64,000 nt of DNA from the NCBI GenBank assembly GCA_963841435.1, contig CAWJCS010000003.1, positions 1,024,001-1,088,000 of the forward strand, written 5' to 3'. The translations under genes were made by a program, and so were the position numbers. The notes below the pieces were generated by a model. That model did not search any database, was not told the origin of the DNA, and saw only the letters and a program-made list of their open reading frames with translations. Of the stretch, positions 9,646-19,289 are shown piece after piece (the stretch's first letter is position 1; each line of letters opens with the position of its first letter). This stretch comes from an uncultured delta proteobacterium (GTDB lineage Bacteria > Myxococcota_A > Polyangia > Polyangiales > Polyangiaceae).

Positions 9646-10056
9646 ATGGACATTCGAATCTTCCCCAAGAACGAGCTCCCCATCGCGCTCGGCACCGTGC
9701 GAGCCACCGACTCCCTGCCGACGCGCGACCAGGACCGCTTCCTCCGCGCGCTGTCTCGGCTACACGGGCAGGACATCGATCCGCGCACGCTGCCGGCGCC
9801 GAGCACCCCCGAGGTCGCCCTCGCCATCCAGAATCCACACCGGCGCAAGCGGCTCGTGGAGCTCGCCATCGTGATGAGCATGATCGGGCGCTTCCCGGCG
9901 GTCGCGGAGCGCTACCGCGCACTCGGCTCGCTGCCTCGAGGCAGCTTCGGGCGCGCCTATTACGAGCACTGTCGCTCGCGCAACTTCCCATTTCCGGGCG
10001 AGGCGAGCGGGATCCCCATCCCGCCGCTCGGATCGCCCGGCCAGCGCGCGGCGTGA
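9646..10056 (+). pseudogene. Short, probably deleted/truncated remnant of a Coq4-like protein
   Basis: RYRALGSLPRGSFGRAYYEH...FPGE resembles the Coq4-like LP.GTLG..Y segment, but the ORF ends before an HDxxH motif. Confidence 0.45.
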
Positions 10057-10148
10057 AGGACCGGGCGCCTCCGATCGGGCCGCGCTCACCCGGGCTTTCG
10101 GGTCGCTCGACGCCGTTGCTTGCCCTCGCCTATTGTCCGCCTTCCGCC

Positions 10149-10544
10149 ATGCCGCGCGCGTTTTTGCTCGGGCTCCTCGCGGTGCTCGCCTGCAGCCCGA
10201 TCACACGCCTGCCGCCGCGTGGTCCGCATCCCGCGCACGTGCAGGAGTTTTTGTCCGTGCCGTATCCGCCGCCACCTGCCGAGGTGGAGGAGATGAGCTA
10301 CCGGCACGACGACGACGACTGCGTGTGGATCGACGGCTACTACGCCTGGAACGGTCGCTGGGTGTGGCAGCGTGGAAAGTGGGTGCTGCCGCCCGCCGAT
10401 TGCTACTACGCGCCGTCCGTCGTCGCGTGGTCGAGGACCGCGGAGCCACGGCTCTACTTCACGCCGCCGCGCTGGTTCAAGAACGACGCCATCGCGCTGA
10501 GCGAAAGCCAGGCGGTGTGCCCCGCGCCCAAGGCATGCCGGTAG
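10149..10544 (+). CDS. Small lipoprotein with YXWGXW-like repeats
   Basis: Lipobox VLAC; PPPAEVE and VWIDGYYAWNGRWVWQRGKWV. Confidence 0.7.
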   Translation: MPRAFLLGLLAVLACSPITRLPPRGPHPAHVQEFLSVPYPPPPAEVEEMSYRHDDDDCVWIDGYYAWNGRWVWQRGKWVLPPADCYYAPSVVAWSRTAEPRLYFTPPRWFKNDAIALSESQAVCPAPKACR

Positions 10545-10672
10545 AGATCGATTCGCTGAGCTCCGTCGGGCGGCAGGCGCCAGGCGCACGCGAACCGACG
10601 AGCCGTGGCCGTTCGCGGGCTTGGCGCGAGCAGCGGCGAGCGCGCGCGTGCTCTGCTAAGGTCCGGCCCTCC

Positions 10673-12058
10673 ATGACTTTCGTATCCCACGTCTTTCGCG
10701 AGTACGACGTGCGCGGCGTGGCGGACCGTGACCTCACCGACGCGTTCGCCGAACGCATGGGTCGCGGCCTCGCCGAGCTGCTTCGACCGGACGGCGCGAC
10801 TCGCCCTCCACGCATCGCCGTCGGGCGCGATTGCCGCCTCTCTGGGCCTCGCCTGTTCGAGGCGCTCGCACGCGGCCTGATCGCGGGCGGCGCGAACGTC
10901 GTCAACGTGGGGGTGGGCCCCACGCCCAAGCTCTACTTCTCCGTCCATCACCTCGACGCCGACGGCGGCATCATGATCACGGGCAGCCACAACCCGGCCG
11001 AGGACAACGGCTTCAAGATCATGCGCGGCAAGGCGAGCTTCTTCGGCGACGCCATCCAGAAGCTCAGGACCCTGGTCGAAGGCCCGGCGCAGCCCACCGT
11101 TCCCGGCGGCTCGCTCGGCACCGAGGACATCGACGACGCGTACGTCGCGAGGCTCGTCTCCGACATCGCGCCCGGCCCGCGCGATTTCGAGATCGTCGTC
11201 AACGCCGGCAACGGCGCCGGTGGGCCGCTCGGGATCCGCGCGCTTCGCGCAGCAGGATTTTCGCCCGTTGCGCTCTTCTGCGACATGGATGGTCGCTTCC
11301 CGAACCACCATCCAGATCCGACGGTGCCGAAGAATCTGGAGACGCTCATTGCGCGCGTGCGCTCCGAGGGTGCGCGCGTCGGCATCGCGTGGGACGGCGA
11401 CGCGGACCGCCTGGGCGTCGTCGACGCGACGGGAGAAATCGTCTGGGGCGATCGGCTGCTCGCGCTGTTCGCGCGCGGCATCCTCGCGAAGAGTCCGGGA
11501 AGGGCCGTGATTGCCGACGTTAAGTGCTCGCAGGCGCTGTTCGACGACGTCGCGAAGCACGGCGGGCGCCCCATCATGTGGAAGACGGGACACTCGCTGA
11601 TCAAGACCAAGATGAAGGAGGAGCACGCGGCCGTCGCGGGCGAGATGAGCGGTCATTTCTTCTTCGCAGACCGCTATTTCGGCTACGACGACGCGCTCTA
11701 CGCCACGTTGCGGCTGCTCGAGCAGCTCGCGAGCAGCGGCCTCACCGTGCTCGAGGAGCTCGCCGACCTGCCGCCGTCGTTCTCGACGCCGGAGCTTCGC
11801 GTCGACTGCCCGGATGCGCTCAAGTTCGAGGTCGTCGAGCGCGTGCGCACGGCACTCGCCGACCGCGGGGAAACCAACACGCTCGACGGTGTGCGCGTGA
11901 AGTATCCGGACGGCGCCTGGTCGCTCGTGCGCGCCTCGAATACCGGTCCCGTGATCGTGCTGCGCTTCGAGGCGCCGAGCGAGGCCCGGCTCGCGGCGAT
12001 CCGGAACAACGTCGAGAGCGTCGTCGAAAAGGCGCGCGCGGCCAGCGGAGCGAAGTGA
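10673..12058 (+). CDS. algC: Phosphomannomutase/phosphoglucomutase
   Basis: FREYDVRG, TGSHNP, DGDADR, GEMSGH and RASNT motifs. Confidence 0.93.
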   Translation: MTFVSHVFREYDVRGVADRDLTDAFAERMGRGLAELLRPDGATRPPRIAVGRDCRLSGPRLFEALARGLIAGGANVVNVGVGPTPKLYFSVHHLDADGGIMITGSHNPAEDNGFKIMRGKASFFGDAIQKLRTLVEGPAQPTVPGGSLGTEDIDDAYVARLVSDIAPGPRDFEIVVNAGNGAGGPLGIRALRAAGFSPVALFCDMDGRFPNHHPDPTVPKNLETLIARVRSEGARVGIAWDGDADRLGVVDATGEIVWGDRLLALFARGILAKSPGRAVIADVKCSQALFDDVAKHGGRPIMWKTGHSLIKTKMKEEHAAVAGEMSGHFFFADRYFGYDDALYATLRLLEQLASSGLTVLEELADLPPSFSTPELRVDCPDALKFEVVERVRTALADRGETNTLDGVRVKYPDGAWSLVRASNTGPVIVLRFEAPSEARLAAIRNNVESVVEKARAASGAK

Positions 12059-12915
12059 GCGACCCCTGGACGATCGGCCGCGTGTTGCGCTGGGCCGCGG
12101 AGGACTTCGGCAAGCGCGGTAGCCCGAGCCCGCGGCTCGACGCCGAGCTGCTCCTCGCGCACGCGCTCGGAACCGACCGCGTGCGGCTCGTGATCGATGC
12201 CGACCGCGAGCTCGATACCCCGGAGCTCACGGCATATCGCGAGCTCATCGCGCGGCGGCGCAGCGGCGAGCCCGTGGCGTACATCCGGGGCACGCGCGAA
12301 TTCTTCGGGCTCGAGCTGGTCGTCGATCCGCGCGCGCTCGTGCCGCGACCCGACACCGAGACGCTCGTCGAGGTCGCGCTCGAGCGGACACGGCAACGCT
12401 CCGAATACGGCCGGGCACTCGATCTATGCACGGGCAGCGGCTGCGTCGCCATCGCCTTCGCGAAGACGCGGCCCACCTGGCGCGTCACCGCGACCGACGT
12501 GTCGGCCGAGGCCGTCGCGCTCGCCTGGGAAAACGCGCGCCGCCAGGGCGTCGCCTTCTCGCTCGCCACGCGAGTGGGCGACCTGTTCGCACCCGTCGAG
12601 GGCTCACGCTTCGAGCTCGTCGTCGCCAACCCGCCGTACATCCCGAGCCGTGCCATCGGGGGCCTCAACGTCGACGTGCGCGACTTCGAGCCGCGCGCGG
12701 CGCTCGACGGCGGCGACGACGGCCTCGAGCTGGTACGCGCCGTGGTCGAGCGCGCGCCGCGTCACCTCGAGCCCGGCGGCGTGCTCGCCATCGAGGTCGG
12801 CCACGACCAGGCGGTGCGCGCCGAAGCGCTGTTCCACGCCGCGGGCTTTTCGGCCATCGAGCGGCGGCGCGACTACGGCGGGCACGAGCGTGTCGTGAGC
12901 GGCCGTCTCGACTGA
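12055..12915 (+). CDS. prmC: Peptide chain release factor N(5)-glutamine methyltransferase
   Basis: PRPDTE, DLCTGSG, ANPPYI and ALDGG motifs. Confidence 0.95.
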   Translation: MSDPWTIGRVLRWAAEDFGKRGSPSPRLDAELLLAHALGTDRVRLVIDADRELDTPELTAYRELIARRRSGEPVAYIRGTREFFGLELVVDPRALVPRPDTETLVEVALERTRQRSEYGRALDLCTGSGCVAIAFAKTRPTWRVTATDVSAEAVALAWENARRQGVAFSLATRVGDLFAPVEGSRFELVVANPPYIPSRAIGGLNVDVRDFEPRAALDGGDDGLELVRAVVERAPRHLEPGGVLAIEVGHDQAVRAEALFHAAGFSAIERRRDYGGHERVVSGRLD

Positions 12916-13054
12916 CGGCGAGCGTCCCGCGCCCGGTCGAGGAATCTGGCCCGCGATGCTCAGCGGCGCCCTGGCGGCCGTGAGCGAATCTTCGACCGAC
13001 GAGGCGCGCGGAAACTTGGCCCGGCCTCGAGCCCCATGACAGGCCGGAACGACC

Positions 13055-14416
13055 ATGGACGCGGTTTTTTCTCACCGCCACCTGGTCGCCGTCGTGGTGC
13101 TTGCTCTCGGCGCGACCGCTTGCGCCAACGCGAACAAGGACGGCATCTCTCTGTCCAAGCAGGCAACGGCCGAGATCCCGAAGGTGCCCGTGCCCTCGGA
13201 GAACGGCCCGCACCTCGCCTCCGTCGCCGACCGCACGCCGGTCTTCGATCGCCCCGGCGCCGGCGCGCACGAGCTCGGCTACCTGCACGCAGGCGGGCGC
13301 GTCGCGCGGGCCCAGGAGCCTTTCTCGAAGGACGGCTGCGCTGAAGGGTGGTTCCCCGTGCGACCCGCAGGCTTCGTCTGCGCGGGTGGCAGCGCAACGA
13401 CCGATCTCCGGCACCCGACGCTCGCCGCGATGGCGATCCAGCCGCTCTTCGATCAGCCCCTTCCCTACACCTACGCGCGCACCATCGCGGACACGCCGCT
13501 GTACGAGCGACGCGCGGGCGAGCAAGGGCGCGTGCAGGAGGTCGGCAAGCTCAAGAGCCGCGCGGGAATGGCCGTGGTCGGGAGCTGGAGCGCCCAGGTG
13601 CCCGAGGGTGGCACGGAGCGCCTCGCGCTGCTCACGAGCGGCAAGTTCGTCAAGGCCTCGGACCTCGAAGCCGCGTCGCCTTCCGATTTCGCGGGCATCG
13701 AGCTCAGCGAGAAGAAAGAGCTCCCGGTCGCCTTCGTCGTCAAGCGCGGCGTGCGCACGTTCACGCTCAATCGTGACGTCGCCAAGCAGGCAGCCGAGCT
13801 CGACGTGCATCAGAAGATCGATCTGACGGGGCGCTACCGCACCGTGCACGGCGAAAAGCTCTGGGCGCTCTCGAACGACCAGTGGGTGCGCTATCGCAAC
13901 GTCACCGTCGTGCTCGCTCGCAGCACGTTCCCCGACTTCGCGACGGACGGCCAGAAATGGCTCGACGTGAGCCTCGTCATGGGAACGCTCGTCGCCTACG
14001 AAGGCAAGCGGCCGTTCTTCGTGACCCTCGTGAGCGTGGGTCGCACGGCGCCGGGGGCCGAGAACGCGGGGGGCGATGCGCCCATCACGGGCGCGCCCTC
14101 GGCCGCATGGGGGCTCGGCACGTTCGAGGTGAAGCGCAAGGAAGTGACGCTGGTGGGCGCCGACCCGTTCATGGCGCGTGAGGGCTACGAGCTTTACGAC
14201 CTTCCCTGGGCCTTCGAGCTTTCGTCGGGACGCATGGGCTACGCCGCGTACTGGCACGAGCGCTTCGGCGTCGAGCACGGCCCGGGCAGCCTCGAGCTCT
14301 CTCCCGCGGACGCCGTGCGCCTCTGGCAGTGGATGACGCCGAACGTCCCCGAAGGCTGGCACGGCAAGACCCTCGCCGAAAAAGAGCCGAAGACGCTCGT
14401 CGTCTTGCGCAAGTAG
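13055..14416 (+). CDS. L,D-transpeptidase (YkuD)-like lipoprotein, catalytic residues apparently degenerate
   Basis: Lipobox ATAC; WLDVSL...LVAYEGKRPFFVTLVSVG and AAYWHERFG...LSPADA typical of myxobacterial LDTs. Confidence 0.75.
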   Translation: MDAVFSHRHLVAVVVLALGATACANANKDGISLSKQATAEIPKVPVPSENGPHLASVADRTPVFDRPGAGAHELGYLHAGGRVARAQEPFSKDGCAEGWFPVRPAGFVCAGGSATTDLRHPTLAAMAIQPLFDQPLPYTYARTIADTPLYERRAGEQGRVQEVGKLKSRAGMAVVGSWSAQVPEGGTERLALLTSGKFVKASDLEAASPSDFAGIELSEKKELPVAFVVKRGVRTFTLNRDVAKQAAELDVHQKIDLTGRYRTVHGEKLWALSNDQWVRYRNVTVVLARSTFPDFATDGQKWLDVSLVMGTLVAYEGKRPFFVTLVSVGRTAPGAENAGGDAPITGAPSAAWGLGTFEVKRKEVTLVGADPFMAREGYELYDLPWAFELSSGRMGYAAYWHERFGVEHGPGSLELSPADAVRLWQWMTPNVPEGWHGKTLAEKEPKTLVVLRK

Positions 14417-14445
14417 CTCCCCCGCTCGAGTCGGCCGCGACGCTG

Positions 14446-15615
14446 CTAGGGAATGCTCTTGGCCGCGAGCGCGCTCATCCACGCGTCGGCCACCATGCCG
14501 CTGCCGGCCGCGTTCGGGTGCACGCCGTCCCCCGTGAGCGCGGAGCTCGGCACGTAGGCGCTCGCGTTGCCAATCGACCCGTAGATGTCGACGACGTAGA
14601 TGGGCGACGCGCCGGTCGAAAGCCCCGTGGCCCAGCCCGGAATCGCGGCATTGAGCTCCTGGACCCGCGAGTCCGGGCAACCGCTCGCGCTGCCCATACA
14701 GCCATCGGGATGCATGGGCAGGATCTGCGCCGCGAAGATGATGGCGCTCGGGTTCGCGCCGCGGATGGCGGTCACGATCTTGGTGAGGGCACCCGTGATC
14801 GTGGCGATGGGGATGTCGCTCGTCCACGCATCGTTGGTGCCGAGATGCATGAGCACGACGTCGGGCTTGGGGCTCGCCGCCATCCACGTCGTAAGCTCGC
14901 TCGGCGAGCCCTTGCCGCTGCAGCTCGAGGCCGCGCGGTCGCCGGTGATGCACGTCGCGAGGTACCCGCCGTGACCCTCGCTCTTGACGTTCGGCGCGTT
15001 GGTGATCGCGCCGTCGGTGCAGCTCTGGTTGTTCGTGACGGTGCCGACGAACGCGAACGTCGTCTTGCCGGCATTCTTGAGCTTTTGCGAGAGAAGCTGC
15101 GGGTAGCAAGTCGTGCCCGTGATCGAGTCGCCGAGCGGCATGATGTTCCAGGTGCCCGTGTGCGAGCTACCGCCCGTACCGCCGCCGCCCGTGCCGGCGC
15201 CGCCCGCACCCGAGCTGCCGCTCGTGCCACCCTGACCCGCACCCGACGCACCACCGCTGCCGGCACCTCCCGCGCCGACGCCCCCGCCGCTCGTTCCACC
15301 TGCGCCCGCACCGGACACGCCGCCCGCGCCGCTTCCCGCACTGCCGCCCACGGCCCCGCCAGAGCCGCCCCCCGCGAGCCCCGTGCCCGCGTTGCCACCT
15401 TGGAGCGCTCCGGCGCTCCCACCGGTCCCGCTGGACCCACCCGAAGCAGACCCGCCCGCGGCCGCTCCGCCCACGCCAGCCGCCGCACCAGCCGCCTGGC
15501 CCGCGCTGCCGCCGCTCGCCCCGACTCCCTGGTTCGAGGAGGGATCTTGAGAGTTACTGCACGCGTAGGCGAGGAGCGCGCAGAGCGCGAGCGAAGAAGA
15601 AGCGTTCGGATGCAT
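14446..15615 (-). CDS. SGNH/GDSL esterase (CE3-like) lipoprotein with Gly/Ser tether
   Basis: Lipobox AYAC; IMPLGDSIT, EGHGG, HLGTND and DGVHPN blocks. Confidence 0.85.
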   Translation of the reverse strand: MHPNASSSLALCALLAYACSNSQDPSSNQGVGASGGSAGQAAGAAAGVGGAAAGGSASGGSSGTGGSAGALQGGNAGTGLAGGGSGGAVGGSAGSGAGGVSGAGAGGTSGGGVGAGGAGSGGASGAGQGGTSGSSGAGGAGTGGGGTGGSSHTGTWNIMPLGDSITGTTCYPQLLSQKLKNAGKTTFAFVGTVTNNQSCTDGAITNAPNVKSEGHGGYLATCITGDRAASSCSGKGSPSELTTWMAASPKPDVVLMHLGTNDAWTSDIPIATITGALTKIVTAIRGANPSAIIFAAQILPMHPDGCMGSASGCPDSRVQELNAAIPGWATGLSTGASPIYVVDIYGSIGNASAYVPSSALTGDGVHPNAAGSGMVADAWMSALAAKSIP

Positions 15616-15755
15616 CGGCGAAAGCGCGCTCAGCGTGCCACGGATCGCGCCCCGCAGGTAGGCGCTCGACTGCCGGGCTCGTACCCGGCTTGCGCGTGTC
15701 TTGCGCGTGTCCGCGCGGCAGCCCTGCCGTCACCGCCGACGTGGTCGGTAACCGC

Positions 15756-16619
15756 TCACTCTTTTCTGAGGCGGTCCAAGATGTGTCGCGACGCGAGCGA
15801 GCGATTCAAAGTGTAAAAGTGCACACCGGGGGCACCGCCCGCGACGAGCCCACGGCACTGCTCGGTGGCGTGCTCGACTCCAATCGCGCGGACCGCCTCG
15901 GGGTCGACGGCGGCCGCCTCGAGCCGCGTGAGCAAGCCAGCGGGGATGCGCGCCGCCGAGAGGCTCGTGATGCGCTTGATTTGCGCCAGATTGGTGATCG
16001 GCATGATGCCCGCGATGATGGGCACCGCAATGCCGACTTTGCGCGCCCGCTCGACGAAACGAAAGTAGTCCGCGTTATCGTAAAATAGCTGCGTGATCAG
16101 AAAGTCGACGCCCGCGTCAACCTTGGCCTTGAGGTGCCGAAGGTCGGTTTCCAGATCGGACGCCTCCTGGTGCTTTTCGGGATAGCAGGCCGCGGCGAGG
16201 CAAAAATCATAGCGGGCCCGGATGAAGGCCACGAGCTCCGACGCGCTCCCGAATCCTCCTTCGTGACGGACGAAGCTCGTCGCGCCGCGCGGCGGATCAC
16301 CGCGGAGCGCGATCACGTTCTCGATGCCGGAGGCCGCGAGCTCGTCGAGCACGCTCGCGATCTCCTCGCGCGTCGCGCCCACGCACGTGAGGTGCGCCAT
16401 CGCCTCGATGCCCGCCTCGCGCTTGATGCGGCGGACGAGATCCACCGTGAGTCGCCGCGTGCTGCCCCCCGCGCCGTAGGTCACGGAAACGTAGGCGGGC
16501 GCATAGCCGCGAAGCTCCGCGATGGTCTCGAAAAGGCGCTCGACCCCCTCCGCGTCCTTCGGCGGAAAGAACTCGAAGGAGAAGAGCGGCTCTCCGCCCA
16601 GGCGCTCGGCGATTCTCAT
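15756..16619 (-). CDS. metF: Methylenetetrahydrofolate reductase
   Basis: FSFEFFPPK, VSVTYGAGGST, AHLTC, ALRGD, ITQLFYD and HFYTLN. Confidence 0.97.
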   Translation of the reverse strand: MRIAERLGGEPLFSFEFFPPKDAEGVERLFETIAELRGYAPAYVSVTYGAGGSTRRLTVDLVRRIKREAGIEAMAHLTCVGATREEIASVLDELAASGIENVIALRGDPPRGATSFVRHEGGFGSASELVAFIRARYDFCLAAACYPEKHQEASDLETDLRHLKAKVDAGVDFLITQLFYDNADYFRFVERARKVGIAVPIIAGIMPITNLAQIKRITSLSAARIPAGLLTRLEAAAVDPEAVRAIGVEHATEQCRGLVAGGAPGVHFYTLNRSLASRHILDRLRKE

Positions 16620-16698
16620 GCAACCGCGAAGCTAGCAGCCCCCTCGGGTCGCGGCCAAATGGGCGCGCGCCCGTGCTAAGTTCCACTCGCTCCGAGCC

Positions 16699-18171
16699 AT
16701 GCACATTCACGTCGTTGCGGTCGCGGGAACGGGCATGGGGGCACTCGCGGGCCTGTTGCGCGAGCTCGGCCACGACGTCTCGGGCAGTGACGTGGCGTTC
16801 GATCCGCCCATGGGGCCCGCGCTCGAAGCCTGGGGCATCCGCTGCCTCACGGGCTTTCGACCGGAGCACCTCGAGCCTCGGCCGGATCTCGTGATCATCG
16901 GCAACGTGTGCCGCGCGGACAATCCCGAAGCGCGCGCGGCGATCGACGGCGGCCTTCCCTACACGCACATCGCGGGCGCTCTCGGGCGCTTCGCGCTTGC
17001 TCAGGCCTCGCCGCTCGTCGTCGCCGGAACCCATGGCAAGACGACCACGACGGCGCTCGCGGCCTGGCTGCTCGATCGCACGGGCTTCGAACCGGGCTTC
17101 TTGATCGGCGGGCTTCCAAAGGGCTTCGATCGCAGCTTTCGGGCCGCGAAGACCACGCGCCGCCTCGCGTCGGCGGGGCGACCCGAGCGTCGCGCCCCGT
17201 TCGTCATCGAGGGTGACGAGTACGACACGGCGTTCTTCGAGAAGAGCGCCAAGTTTCTGCACTACGCGCCCGAGGTCGCCATCATCACGTCCATCGAACA
17301 CGACCACGTCGACATCTACCCGACGCTCGCGTCGTATCTCGACGCCTTCGAACGCTTCGTCGAGCTCGTGCCCGAGCACGGCCTCGTCATCGCCAACGCA
17401 GCAGACGAAGCCGTGGTGCGCATCGTCGAACGGCACGCCCGGGCCGAGGTCGCGTGGTTCGCGCTCGCCGGCGAGCCCACGCACGGCGTCCCACCCCATT
17501 GGCTCGCCGCGCCCGCGGGCTCCGACGAGCGCGCGCAGGCCTTCGATCTTTATGCGGGCGGCGTCGCATGCGGCCGGCTCGCGTTGCCGCTCTCCGGACG
17601 ACACAACCTCAAGAACGCGCTCGCGGCGCTCGCGGCCGCGGCGCAGGGCTTCGGCGCGCGGCTCGCCGACCTCGGCCCCGCCCTCGCGTCGTTTCAAGGC
17701 GTTCGACGCCGCCAGGATCTCATCGGCAGCCCGAACGGCGTGCTCGTCTACGACGACTTCGCCCACCACCCGACGGCCGTGCGCGAAACGCTCGCGGCGC
17801 TCAGAAGCCGGCATCCGAGCGGCCGCCTGCTCGTCGCCTTCGAGGCCCGCAGCGCCACGGCGTGTCGCCGCATGCACCAAGAGGAGTACGCAGAGAGCTT
17901 CGACGCCGCCGATGAAGTGCTGTTCCCACCGCTCGGCCGCCAGAACCTGCCGCCGGACCAAGCGCTCGATCTCGATCGCCTCGTCGCGGACCTCGCGGAC
18001 AAAGGAAAGCGCGCCCTCAGGCTGGGCTCGGTCGACGCGCTCGTGGCGCACGTCGCGGCCACCGCCCGGCCGGGTGACGTCGTGGCGCTCCTTTCGAACG
18101 GTGCGTTCGGCGGCGCTCACCAGAAGCTGCTGAGCGCGCTCGGCCGCCCCGCATCCACGACCTCGACGTGA
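16699..18171 (+). CDS. mpl: UDP-MurNAc:L-Ala-gamma-D-Glu-mDAP ligase (murein peptide ligase)
   Basis: GTGMGALA, GTHGKTTT, EGDEYDTAFFEK, DDFAHHPTA and SNGAFGG. Confidence 0.9.
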   Translation: MHIHVVAVAGTGMGALAGLLRELGHDVSGSDVAFDPPMGPALEAWGIRCLTGFRPEHLEPRPDLVIIGNVCRADNPEARAAIDGGLPYTHIAGALGRFALAQASPLVVAGTHGKTTTTALAAWLLDRTGFEPGFLIGGLPKGFDRSFRAAKTTRRLASAGRPERRAPFVIEGDEYDTAFFEKSAKFLHYAPEVAIITSIEHDHVDIYPTLASYLDAFERFVELVPEHGLVIANAADEAVVRIVERHARAEVAWFALAGEPTHGVPPHWLAAPAGSDERAQAFDLYAGGVACGRLALPLSGRHNLKNALAALAAAAQGFGARLADLGPALASFQGVRRRQDLIGSPNGVLVYDDFAHHPTAVRETLAALRSRHPSGRLLVAFEARSATACRRMHQEEYAESFDAADEVLFPPLGRQNLPPDQALDLDRLVADLADKGKRALRLGSVDALVAHVAATARPGDVVALLSNGAFGGAHQKLLSALGRPASTTST

Positions 18172-18354
18172 GAGCTCGGGGAGGGAAGGATTTTTTTGGG
18201 TTTGGCGACCGCCGTCCGAAGAGGGCCGACGCCGGCGGGGCGCACCGTTCCACGCCCGCGGAGCTCGCGCCGCACGGCGTCATTTCGGCGCCGCTGACGA
18301 GCGTTCTGCCGACACTTGCCAAGGACGGCGAGAGTGGTGTTAGACGCGGGGACC

Positions 18355-18846
18355 ATGACCTGCCCGTGCGGCAAAGGCGAGACGCTCGAAACCTGCTGCG
18401 GCCCCTACCTCGCGGGCACCGCCGCTCCGGAAACGGCCGAAGCGCTCATGCGCGCCCGCTACACGGCGTACGCCACCGGCAACGTCGACTACGTCGTCGA
18501 GTCGCACGACCCCGATCGCCGTTCGGACGTCGATCGCAAGAACACCGAGCTCTGGTCCAAGAGCTCGGAATGGATGGGCCTCGAGATCCTCTCCACCGAG
18601 AAGGGGCAGCCCGGCGACGACACGGGCATCGTGGAGTTCATCGCGCGCTACAAGGTCAAGGGCACCAAGATCGAGCACCGCGAGCGCGCGCTCTTCCGCA
18701 AGCACGGCAGCCGCTGGGTGTTCGTCGATGGCATCGAGATCAAGGGGCCGCCCGTCGTGAACACCGAGCCCCGCGTGGGCAGAAACGACCCCTGCCCCTG
18801 TGGCAGCGGCAAGAAATACAAGAAGTGTCACGGAGCGGCGGCCTGA
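18355..18846 (+). CDS. ychJ: YchJ family protein with SEC-C motifs
   Basis: [26 protein letters not shown] and [17 protein letters not shown]. Confidence 0.9.
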   Translation: MTCPCGKGETLETCCGPYLAGTAAPETAEALMRARYTAYATGNVDYVVESHDPDRRSDVDRKNTELWSKSSEWMGLEILSTEKGQPGDDTGIVEFIARYKVKGTKIEHRERALFRKHGSRWVFVDGIEIKGPPVVNTEPRVGRNDPCPCGSGKKYKKCHGAAA

Positions 18847-18863
18847 GCCATACTGCGCGGAGC

Positions 18864-19289
18864 ATGGCCGAGGTGAGCCTCTATCAGGAGCTCGGCGGCG
18901 AGCCGGCGCTACGGCGCGTGATCGAGCGCTTCGTGGACCGCGTCTTCGACGACACGATGATCGGTTACCTGTTTCGCAACGCCGACCGCACGCGGGTAAA
19001 GCAGAAGGAATTCGAGCACGCCGCCGAGCACCTCGGCGCAGGCATCGTTTACACGGGGCGGCCGATCGAGAGCGTGCACCGCCCCCACCAGATCCGTGGA
19101 GGCCAGTTCATGCGGCGCCTCAAGATCCTCGAGGAGACGCTCGACGAGCTCGGCACGCCACCGCGCGTGCGCGACCACTTTCTGTCCCACACCCTCTCGC
19201 TCCAGAGCCTCGTCACGGCCGATGAAGGCGGCGTGTGCGATCCCACGCTGGGGGCGCCCGGGCCCGGACGCCCGGCAGGGGCGGGATGA
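18864..19289 (+). CDS. Group 1 truncated hemoglobin
   Basis: SLYQELGGE...FVDRVFDD.MIGYLF...LGAGIVYTGRPIESVH. Confidence 0.8.
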   Translation: MAEVSLYQELGGEPALRRVIERFVDRVFDDTMIGYLFRNADRTRVKQKEFEHAAEHLGAGIVYTGRPIESVHRPHQIRGGQFMRRLKILEETLDELGTPPRVRDHFLSHTLSLQSLVTADEGGVCDPTLGAPGPGRPAGAG

